Shown: positions 22,951 through 32,876 of the stretch, in pieces | Layout: every line of letters starts with the position of its first letter | Numbering within the stretch: the stretch's first letter is position 1 | Source of the DNA: Caecitellus pseudoparvulus | Taxonomy: Eukaryota; Protista; Bigyra: Bicosoecida | Length of the DNA stretch: 33,466 nucleotides | Reading direction: 5' to 3' | Assembly (NCBI GenBank): GCA_965644315.1 | Contig: CBFFRQ010000151.1 | Location: 1-33,466, forward strand | Notes under the pieces: generated by a model | What the model saw: only the letters and a program-made list of their open reading frames with translations | Told to the model about the DNA's origin: nothing | Databases searched by the model: none | Position numbers and translations under genes: made by a program

Positions 22951-25031
22951 TTACATCAGGCGTCCACCCATCTGCCCGATCGAGATGTGGGGCACATCCT
23001 TGACCTTGGGCAGGCGACCCTCGCCGTCTTCAGGCACCAGCCGCTTGAGGGGGTCCTTGACCTCAGCCTCCAGGGTGGCGGCCTGCTGTCGGGTCATCCG
23101 CCCATGAGGCATGGCCACCCTTGTGCCCTTGCCAGCGATGAGGGTCTGGGGGTGCACGGTGCCGTCGGTGGCCTTGTGAGGCAGGGGGAAGTCATCTCGG
23201 AGAGACTGGAGTGCCCCTCGAAGCCTGTCCCGGAAGGGTGCTGGACTGCCCGCCTCGGGTGTGGTCCAGATCCGGTACAAGACGTTGATGCCTTCGGCTG
23301 CCAGCCGGGTCATGCACTTGTGCAGGGGCAGCTCGTCATGGAGGTCAGGGATGTCGGGGTTCCACAGCACCAGCTTGCCTCGATCATGGTCGACGAGGAT
23401 GAGCTGCAGATGGGCCGTGTTGTCGGTCCACACCTCTCGAAGTGCGAAGGCATACAGCACTCCGTCGAGGTGCCCCTCTTGGTCACCCTCTTCATCAACC
23501 TGGCTGGGGTCGACGCCGGCCTGGCCAAGGTCATCATGCCCGGCTGGGGCACGGTACCCTTGGTTGATGCGGTCGATGAGCAGGTGCAGGCCGGGAAGCA
23601 GGACTGGTGGTGTACCTGGGGCCAGGAAGGTGTCATCCGGCGAGTGCTGGTGCAGCATGTTGCGGAAGACGGCCACCCGTTGCCCGTCTGAGCGGAAGGG
23701 GGAGGGTGGCTTCTGGCCGACGTCCATGATGTCCGAGCTGGACGAGTCACTGACCACCCCCTCCAGCTGCCTGACCATGTGCTTGAAGGCAAGCTGGGCA
23801 GCGTTGATGGTGGCTGCATGCTGGAGTAGGAGGAGGTCCCCAGCCTCGAAGACCCTCTCCCCTGCTGCCGTCTCGAGACAGGCCTGGACACAGGCCCGCC
23901 CCCCACGTTAGAGTACACGTGGGTCGATGACAGCAGGTCGGCCAGAGGGCCAGGCTTGATGGGGTACTCGGCCAGGTGCTCGGGTGTCCGCACACTGTCA
24001 TGAAGAGGCACCACCCTTGTGATCACCTCCCATGCTGCTGCTGCAGACGGCCGATACCGGTGCACCTCGGGGCTTGCCTCGCCCGACGGGGTGGGGGACG
24101 GCCACTTGCGGTCGACGCCCCGCTGCACCCTTGATGAAGGCAACATGGCATGCACCACAGGGGTGGTGACGGTATCTTTGGGTGAGCCTTGGGTGGCAGG
24201 TGGTGAGGTTGGTCGAGGTGCAGGTGGCCGGACGTTCTTGATGAAGACGTCCTCGAAGGTGAGGGATCGTCCGGCTGACTTGCCCTTTCCTCGCTTGCCT
24301 CGACGGGTCTTCTTCTTCTTCGGTGCCTTGTCGAGCTGAGTGTCAGTCCAGGTCGATGGTGTCTTGGTGTCGACAGGTGCATCACCCTCGGAGGGGACGG
24401 ATTGTCTGACACTGGGACGGACGGCTTGGGCTGGCACGGGGCCATGGTCGAAGTGGGACCTAACGAGGCACATGACCTTGGCAACATCACCTGACTGGCA
24501 GGCGATTTCGGTTGCTTCCTTGGTCACTTGGTGGGCCACTTGGATGGCGGTGGGGTGGGCCTTCACCTTCACTTTCGCCTTCGCCGATGCGAACTGCTTG
24601 GTGTTGGTGTAGGCCACGGCGACGAACCCACCTTGGCCGACTCGAATGGCGAAGTCGTCCTCTTGAGCAGCAAGAATGCGAAGTTGACGTGCCACTGTTG
24701 GTGAATCACCCTCACTTCCGAGCGTGACGAGGATGGTTGGCGATCCGGTGGGTCCCTGGCGCAGGGCCGCATTGGCGTTGCCGAATTCCGCACTCAGCCC
24801 TGGGATCAGCCGTTCGGCGGCTTCCCCATAGACCTCGAGCCACATGTCCCGTGCCGAAGATGAACTATCATGATCAGTCTTGGGCAGGGGTCCTCCAAGC
24901 TCGAAGGTGCGTGCGGCACCCCGACGTGGCATGTCAGTGAAGACACCTGTTCTGGGGCCGAGCACTTGCTTGCGCTTCAGGCACCCCTCCACGAAGAGGA
25001 CCCCCAGGACTTGATCCACTTGGGCGTTCAT
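22951..25031 (-). CDS. ORF1-like protein with putative Josephin-like cysteine protease (~690 aa; one frameshift at the C6 run 23899-23904)
   Basis: Colinear with the N-terminal part of element C (QVLGVLF, PRTGV.TDM.RRGAARTF.LGG, KKKKTRRGKR, CVQAC.ETAAGE, PPVLLPGLHLL, HLQLI.V, LVLWNPD, TRQQAA). ATG at 25031, TAA at 22951. Confidence 0.85.
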
Positions 25032-25115
25032 GATGCTTGTCAATGATGCTTTTGATGTCGATCCCAGGTGCATGCCCCGACCGAGGGCGCAAACTGGGAG
25101 CCACGGTGCGATGGT

Positions 25116-25256
25116 GTGCGGAATTCGCACTACCCCGCCCCGGTGCGCACCACCCAACCAGCAAGCACTGTGCAACACCACACTTGGGTGCACGAGCGCC
25201 TGGATTAGGCAATGTTAGCACTTCACAACTTGTGATTAGCTTGACATTTGGAAAGT
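25116..25256 (-). promoter_or_regulatory. Conserved 5'-terminal non-coding block of element B
   Basis: 25168-25256 matches 32788-32876 at 83/89 nt with no gaps. Hairpin GTGCG-GAATT-CGCAC at 25116-25130 is conserved at the same offset in C. Confidence 0.6.
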
Positions 25257-25269
25257 CCTTGCCGGTTAG

Positions 25270-28200
25270 CAACTCACAATGCATTTCACCTCGGCACAGC
25301 TTGGCACCGTACAGCTTGAGCGTCACACGGGCGCCCCACAATGCACCTCTGCACATGTAGGACGCCACAGCGGCTACCGCTTGGCGCGGATTCGCAACAA
25401 ACACAGGCTTGCACCCGTTATATCTGCCGCCACTTGCTAGGGCAGGTCCCTGCCCGCTCCAATTCATCATCTTGGCCCTCCTCCGCTACACTTCATCCCT
25501 TGCTCCGCCAGCGCCAGACACCTGGGGCACACCAGAGCACACCCAGGCATCCGCGCAGTCTTGACAACAGATCATAATCCAAATTCCTCACCCACCTCCT
25601 CTGTGGCCCTCATAGGCCTCTCTGCGCCCTTCATGAGGTGTGTGCTCCGCCTCTGCGCGGGAACTCGGCCGGGTGCGTGGTGCGGAATTCGATCGCGCAC
25701 ACCAGCACCCGTGCGCACACACGCGCCCGCGCCACAGAGCGCATCGCGCGCATCAAGGGGGATACAGAAAGGAAAAGGACCTTCTTCTTCAACCCGTCAC
25801 GCCCTGGTTTCGTGGTGAGTGAGCTTGCTTCATCGTCAGCCGCCATCCGGGCCGCGGCCGTGCAGCACTGCGGCTGCACACGCGCCGCGGCCCGAGGCAC
25901 GCTCCCGCTCACTCCACTGCTACTCGCAGGCTATGTAGTAAGTAAAAGGTAAGGTCTTGGGCATCTGCTTCGGGCTACCGTGGTTATCACCACGCTTCAC
26001 ACAGGTTCATCACGTCAGGACACTCGTGGAGGGTAGACGCGGCCACAAGCGTGGCTGTTCCACTCCCCGCCCGCACGCCTGCGTTCCGCCTTACTCCTCG
26101 CTCTCTTCACAGGAACCATCGGGCCCTTCCCCCTCACCATCAGTGTCTGCATGGGCTGGCTGAGGCCCCATGAAGTGCTGCAGCGTCCTCTGGACCTTGC
26201 CCTCCGTGGACGGCACTTGGCCAGCCTTGGCAGGGAAAAGGTGCGTGCCCTGCGGCGAGTGCGGGGCCTGCGCGTGTGCCGCGTGGCCGCTGACCGCACT
26301 GGCTGCGTGCGGCCAGGCAGCGGCGCCCCGCGCCCATGTACTGCCCACCACAGGTACTCAGCATGCCTCTGGACAGCAAGGTGGTGGGCATCGGTCATAC
26401 GCAACATGTAAGTGACTGTGACCCGCCACGCCTTTGCTGTGAACTCAACCGCGCTGCGCAGGATGTCTTGCCATACAGCTGGGGCACGGACACGGCAAGG
26501 ACCAGCACGGTGGACGAGGTGGGGGTGGGAGAGGACAGCCGCCTCTTTCATAGAGACAAGCTGCTCTTCGTCGGCCAGCCCCCACCGGTGAGGCCACTGC
26601 CCGCAGAGCAGGAGCCTGTGGAGGACCTCGAGGTCCCGCAGGCTTCGCGGCTCTGGGTCGGGGGCACGAAGGAGGGCGTGGCAGATCTTGGGGGGATGGG
26701 CAGGCACTGCACTTGGCCCGCCGCGGACTCGGGCACAGCTGACCTGTTGGCCAGTTCTCTGAACTTGGTCATCGTGTGTTGGCGTGCCATGGTGAGTTCG
26801 TGGTGGGTGCAGTGCAGCAGGATGTGCACGTGCAGCTGTACATCGGTGTTGAGTCCGCAAATCGGACAGCACTCGTACAGAGTGGCACTGTCCCCCCCAT
26901 GAAGAAGCTGTAAGGTCTGGAAGTGATGGACCATCACTCTGGTGGGCCTGTCATCAGGACAGACCCAGAAGAGGGGGTTCACCCCGTGTGGCAGTGGATG
27001 TAGCCACACGAAGTGCTGCGCACCAGGCCCAAGATGATACGGCCTGGGCTTCTGCACTTGGGGGATTCGGCTGTCGGTGGTGTAGTGGGCAGCTGCACTC
27101 GGCACTGCCTGGGCTACATGAAGATACGACGCGAGGACTTGGCGACGCAGGGCCCAGGGGGTGTCTGCCGTGAAGGCCGGGGGTTCGGCCATGGACGACG
27201 TCTCGCTGGCAGCCACCCCAACCACCGCAGACCTGTGGAGGCCCGGGGTGGTCTTAAGTCCGGCAAGGACTTGGGCAAGGGCTGTGGCAGCATGCTCAGA
27301 GCCAGGTGCACATGCAAGCCGAAGCTGTGCAAGGTCTGGCATGCAGCCCATGAGCCAGAGGTCCAAGAGGGCATGCAGTGCCCACGGAGCAGGGACACTG
27401 GCAGCCCGGAGTCGACCTCCATCAGCAATGGTGTCGACGATGAAGGTCGTCGACATCGAAGCAGGCATAAGGTCAAGGGCCTGCGGGATGGTCAGGCACA
27501 GAGCTCGGGCAAGAGGGGTGTCCGAGTGCAGCATCCGGAGAGCCTTGACAAACATCCCAGTCCGCAGTTGCGTGGAGCGGATGTGGGCAGGCAGGACTCC
27601 GCATAGAGCCAGCTTGGCGTAGCTGTGGGGGCGCATGAGTGCACTCTGCGAGCCGACTTGGGTCCTGTCCAAGGCGAGGGCGACGCCGCGGTCAACATCG
27701 CGCAGCGGAAGCAGGGAACTGTTGGCTTGGGTGGACAGCATGTAGTCGGCGGCTGACGTGACAGTGGCATACCCAACCAGGTGCCGCTGCTGCACATCGA
27801 GCCAGGTGGCACTGAGCAGCGCGCCCGCAGTGAACCCGGCTTGGATGCAAGCAAGCCCAGCTTGTTGCAGGGTAAGTGCACGGGTCTTGGCAGGATGTTC
27901 GGACATCGGCACACCCAAGTAGGTGTACTCGGCCACCCGTTGGATGGACTTGGTGCCAACCTTCAGCATGCTGCCCGCTTTGAGGGCAGCCGAGCGCCAC
28001 ACCAACTTCTTCCTTTCACTGACTGGTGTCCGGCTGCCTCGCACGGAGTTGGCAAGGATCATGACCCCGGACTTCGACGGGTTGATGGCAAGGCCAACCC
28101 GGGCAGCGATGGCCTTCACCTCTACGAAGATTCGGTGCAAGGCCGTGGCAGACGTTGCGATGCAGGCCAGGTCGTCTGCATACAGGGTGTGGGTGACATG

Positions 28201-31200
28201 GCCTGCTGGTGTTGGGATGCCCACTCCCTGGATGCCTTGGAGGGGCATCTCGTGGAGCCTTTGCGACAGCACATCTATCGCAACCTTGAAGAGGAGGGGG
28301 GACAGAGCTCCTCCTTGGGGGACACCATTGCTGACAGGAAGGGGGCGACAAAGACCATGGCGCGTGTTGATGGAGACCGTCGCCTTGGACATGTACTCCT
28401 TGATGACGGCCAGGAGTGGCGCAGGGAGGGAGGCAGCCTCAAGGATCTCTGTGATGGCTGCGTGGCTCACAGAGTCGAATGCTCCCCGGAAGTCCACGAA
28501 GAGTACCAGGACTTGCACTGGCGCTGTTGACTGTCGCAGGTGGCCCTTGATCACCTCTTGGAGAGCCAAGATGTGCTCATGCGTGTTGCGGTGTCGAGTG
28601 AAGCCAGCCTGCTCCTTCGACACCCATGTTTGCATCCAGGACTCCAGGCATGCAGCGGCCACTGAGAAGAAGAGCTTCGCAGGAGGGGGGCGGCATACAA
28701 TCAAGCGGTATGTGCGAGGCCGCCCAGCTTCACTCGTCTTCTTGGGGATGAGTGACCCAATGCCTGCATGGTAGTCTGGCGGGCAGGTGCCGTGTTGCAA
28801 CGCTTGGATGACGGCTTGGGAGTAGATGTCTTGGAAGCCTGGCCCAGCATACTTGATGTGCTCTGATTGGAACTTGCCAGAGCCTGGGTGTCGATGCAAG
28901 CTGAGTGATCCCATGAGGACTTTGACTTGCTTCTTGGAGGGAAGCCATGTCACTGGCGGGGTGAAGGACTCTTGGGCTGAGGGAAGGAACCTTGCCAGCC
29001 CGTACTTCAGCGATGTTGGCCTGGGCTTGTTGTGACTCAGGATGCCAGACATCTGCTTGGCAACCTCCTCCTTCACCAGATCAGGGGAGGAGATGAGCAC
29101 TCCCTGCATGGACTTCACGGACCTGATGGGAGCTCGACGGGCTCGACGACCTCGACCTGACAGGCGCTTGATGTGTTGGTGGGCAGTGAAGGGATCCGTG
29201 ACAGCGAGTTCCCTCAAGCGTGCTCGGATCCTGGACAGAGTGACATGTCGCTTCTTCTTCACAAGCCTCGTGCACTTCCGCATTGCATCCTTGCGGCATT
29301 GAAGCGTGGCGTGTAGCTCTTCAGTGGCCATGGAGATTCCCTCTCGGATGGCACGGGCGTGGTCTGGCTGAGGATGCCGACCGGTGGCAAGTGCGAGCTT
29401 CCGGTGCAGCTTGGCAATGGTCTTCCGCAGCTTGGACACGCGTGCAGTCATGGACTTCTTGAGCCCGCTGGCCGCCTTGATGTCCATCTTCAGCTGGGGC
29501 AGAGGGTCACGTGGGGTCTTGGCCTTGCGATGTGTGTCCATAGCCGCAGCTTCGATAGCACCGTTGAGAAAGGATAGGCTCGGGGCGGCGCTGCCTGTCT
29601 GGAGCGCGGTGGCCCGCGAGCTGAGGGATCCTCGAAACATCGCTTGCGCTGCCAGCCCAGCCTCTGTCGCTGAGGTCCACCAGGGTGGCACCGCCTGTAC
29701 ATGGGGGCTCTTGGATGATGTCCACACTCGCTTGGCAGGCTTCACTCGGACTTCTGCTGCAACAAGATGATGGTCACTGAGGACTAGTCGAGCGGCACTC
29801 TTTTTCGTCCCGCTGGAGAACGTTGTTGTGATGTGCAGTGGTCTGCTCAACATACTGTGGAGGTCCTCAGTCATCAGGATGTGGTCCAGAGCCCGACCAT
29901 ACCTGTGCGTTGGCAGGCCACCAAGTCCGGCTGGGATCAGTGGGCCTTGCTCGCAGAGGAGCTGCATCTGCAGGATGTCTTCAGTGGGCTCGGGAATGCC
30001 GGTCCGGTTCTCCCAGTGATCTGCTCCCCACGTGCCTACCCCTTCGTCACCTGGATGAGTGTTCAAGTCACCCATGATGACAATCATGTGGGTGAGGCGG
30101 AGCTGTTGAACAGCAGACTCAAGCTGCCGCCAAACCTCTTGCCGGTACGGAAGCTTCGTGTCCGGATCAGCGACTGGCTTCTTTCGCTGCCAAGAGTGCC
30201 AGTTGGGTACGTACGTGGCTATGATGGCGATGGGTTGTGGGCTTGCAGGGATCGAGCAAGCAATTATGCAGCGACCATCAACGTCGAGGCCCGGGATCAC
30301 TGAGCCATTGAGTCTTCGATCAAGCAGCAAGGCAACCTCACTCCGCCCGACAGGCCGATCAGGCGGGCTTGGGCGGAAGCATTCAAGGCCCATGACTTCC
30401 GTGTCGAGCAGGCCGTGCCCCCCAGGCTCTGTGACACAGAGTGCCAACATGGACGACGCACTGCACACAGACTGGACACAGGTGACGACATCGTGGACAC
30501 ACTGGCCGCAGGAGCCGTGCACATTCCAAGCAGCAAGTGCGAGTGTCATGTGTCTTCCGCGGCCGACAGGGGTATGGGGTGCATCGCTACTGATCTGGTC
30601 GGCGACTTGTACAGATGTTGGGATGAGTGACAGTATGGGGTCAACCGTCTTGGCTCTCTCATCGGCAGCTGCTTGTTGGCGCGTGGTGCGGCCTACAGGG
30701 AGGTACACCCGTGTTGTCTTGCCAGTGATGAGAGTCTTTGGGTAGACAGTCTCGTCCTCAGCTACGAACGGGAGTGGGGGAAAGTCAGACCTGAGGGACA
30801 GCATGGCCAGCCGCACTCTGTCTTTGAAGGGAATCGGCTTGCCACTCAGCGGGGAGGATGAGACACGGTACACAGACTCAATGCCCATCGAGTCGAGTGT
30901 GTTCAGGCAGCCGTCGATTGGAATGTTGGTGCTCTTGAAGGGTTCGTCAGGGTTCCACAGTACAAGTGTGGACTTCTCAGCGTTGACGACAATGAGCTGA
31001 AGGTGGGAGACACCTCCAGTGTCAACCAAGCTGAGAGCAAACGCGAAGTACACCCCAGCAAAGACTTTTGCCTCGGAGGTCATCTCTTTCTCTGCCTTGA
31101 CATCAACCAGGCAGTGTCCAGACACTGTGCCGCCTTCAAGTTCCCGATGGCCCTCGTTGATACGCGTGAGCAAGAGATGAAGACCAGGGAGGAGCACAGG

Positions 31201-32874
31201 TGGACAGGCACTGGTGAGTGCTGCATCATCAGGCGCATGTCGGTACAGGAACGATTGAAAGAGGTCAAGCTTGTCTTGCTCGGTGGTCGGCATGGAAGGT
31301 TCTGTTTCACAGACAGCATGGACCTCCGAGTCTGGTGTGCCAGGGTGACGCGCGCTGCTCTTCTTCAACACAGCACAGAAGGATGTCTGCGCCGCTTGGA
31401 TGGTGGCTGCGTGTTGAAGAAGGACAAGGTCATCGTCATTGAAGAGTGGCTCTCCTGCTGCTGTTTCAAAGCAGGCCTGGACACAGTGTCGTTGGTCCTT
31501 ATTGCGGAACGCGTGCGCAGAGGCGAGGAGTTGCTGCAAGGGGGAACCCAAGTCAAGGTTTGCCTGTCCAAGCCGTGCTGGTCGGCGACTGCAGTCAGCA
31601 AGTTTTAGCAGCGTAGTGGGTGCCGTGTTTGCAGGACTTGCAAGAGGTGGCTGTGCCCCGCTGCCCGATAGTGCCGCAGCTGTCGGGGACACGGGAGGAG
31701 GTCTCTTGCGTGGGCTGGGCGAGTCCCATCTGCTGAAGGTCGGGCGCTTGACTCTGGTGGACGGAAGAGGGACATGTTCAGGGGAAGGAGCAGCTTGGCC
31801 TGACGACTCGGCGGGTGCAGATGGAGGGGAGGGCGCTGTGGGGCGAGTAGTCACGACGCCCTCCTTGAACAGTTCAGCAAAGCGCCGAGGAGGAGAGCTC
31901 TTTGTCGATGGCTTGCGTTTGCCCCTCCGTGTCTTCTTCTTCTTGGGACCGCCTTCAGCAAGGGGCTTTGGCAGTGTGCTTGGCAGCTTGTCGACAGAGG
32001 CGTCATCTTCTGGAGAGACGGAGTGTCCGACAGGCTTTGGAGCACGCTTGGCGATGGAGTGAGTGTTGGTGACATGGGCATGGACAAGCTTCAAGATCTT
32101 GGACACATCCCCACTCTCACAGGCAATGTTGGTTGCTGCCTCAGAGATCTTTTGAGCAACCTTCACTACAGAGGGAGGGGCGATCACGCTGACCCTGGCG
32201 CGCTCTGACGTGAACTGCCGCGTGTTGGAGTACACCACGCCCACAGAGCCGCCCCCTTCAACATGATGATGAAGTCTTCTCGCACAGCAGCAGCAACGCG
32301 CAGGGACTTGGCAATGGCGGGGCCTTCACCGTCACTCGGCAGCGTGACAAGGAGAATGGTCTGCCCTGGTGCGGATTGTTTCAGCGCGGAATTAGCGCGC
32401 ACCATCACAGGAGCAGCTCCAGGAAACTCGGCCTCCAGCTCATCTCCGAAGATGCCAAGCCACTTGCGGACGAAAAATGATGCATCTTGGCCATCCGTGC
32501 AGTCAATGTCCATGCCACCGAGCTGGAAAGTCCGGGCTGCCCCTCGGCGTGACATGTCAGTCAGCACGCCTGTTCGTGGCCGCCCTGACACACGCTGCTC
32601 CAGGCACTTGTCCGCGAAGAGCACGCCGAGGACTTGGCTGGCCTTGGATGACATGATGATGAAGCAATGGTTTCGGGCAAGCAGTGGTGCAGCGTCCAGC
32701 CGGAGCCGCACTTAGCACTGCGTGGGGAGCGTGGCGTGCGGAAATCGCACTGCTGCTCACCCGCGCACCCAATGCAATGCACTAGCGCTGTGCAACACCA
32801 CACTTGGGTGCACGAGCGCCTGGATTAGGCATTGTTAGCAATGCACAACCTATGATTAGGTTGACATTTGGAAA
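25270..32874 (-). mobile_element. Element C: apparently full-length autonomous APE-RT non-LTR retrotransposon directly capped by the telomere
   Basis: 5' UTR ~220 nt, one long ORF and 3' UTR ~750 nt; both ends homologous to element B. Confidence 0.92.
26015..32654 (-). CDS. Single polyprotein (~2200 aa): ORF1-like region, putative Cys protease, APE, RT, CCHC; frameshifts at 32252-32256 and 26690-26695
   Basis: ATG at 32654. APE starts at 30549 (WNV, CVTE, GDLN, LDHI, SDH); RT VDFRGAFDSV, GVPQGGALSPLLF and YADD at 28171-28182; CPIC...HILLHC. The post-frameshift LHRLLLCGQWP matches LKRLALCGQWP of element A. The stop may instead be 26091 if a further slip exists near 26328. Confidence 0.9.
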
Positions 32875-32876
32875 GT
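32736..32876 (-). promoter_or_regulatory. Conserved 5'-terminal non-coding block of element C
   Basis: Counterpart of 25116-25256 at a constant 7620-bp offset. Confidence 0.6.

Larger units (their letters stand above)
22336..25263 (-). mobile_element. Element B: ORF1-only non-autonomous retroelement related to element C
   Basis: 5' end, ORF1 and 3' end are each homologous to element C; no APE or RT. Confidence 0.8.

Noticed and set aside
22330-22954. Intron from GTAAGT (minus strand, 22954) splicing B's ORF1 onto A's ORF
   Set aside because: The two AG acceptors nearest the junction give either an immediate stop or the wrong frame, and the product would still lack the APE WNV and E motifs.
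17875-25031. A and B as one ordinary two-ORF LINE (ORF1 + ORF2)
   Set aside because: A lacks the APE N-terminus and has in-frame stops upstream of 22335. The intervening 22336-22950 is homologous to C's 3' end and carries the TTAG/CAATGCATTG junction signature.
22336-25460. LTRs flanking element B
   Set aside because: The two similar segments are only ~70% identical and there is no integrase or PBS. They are better explained as the 3' ends of B and C.
24934-25470. 178-aa ORF spanning the B/C junction
   Set aside because: The homologous frame in C's 5' end has a stop and only non-synonymous differences, so the conservation there is at nucleotide level.
25780-25860. Hammerhead ribozyme (CTGACGA...GAAA on the minus strand)
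   Set aside because: Stem II lacks the closing G-C pair, and no stem I with a valid NUH cleavage site can be formed.
26560-26690. Restriction-like endonuclease (RAPD...DLEV) making C a dual-endonuclease Dualen element
   Set aside because: The motif is not conserved in the aligned region of element A.
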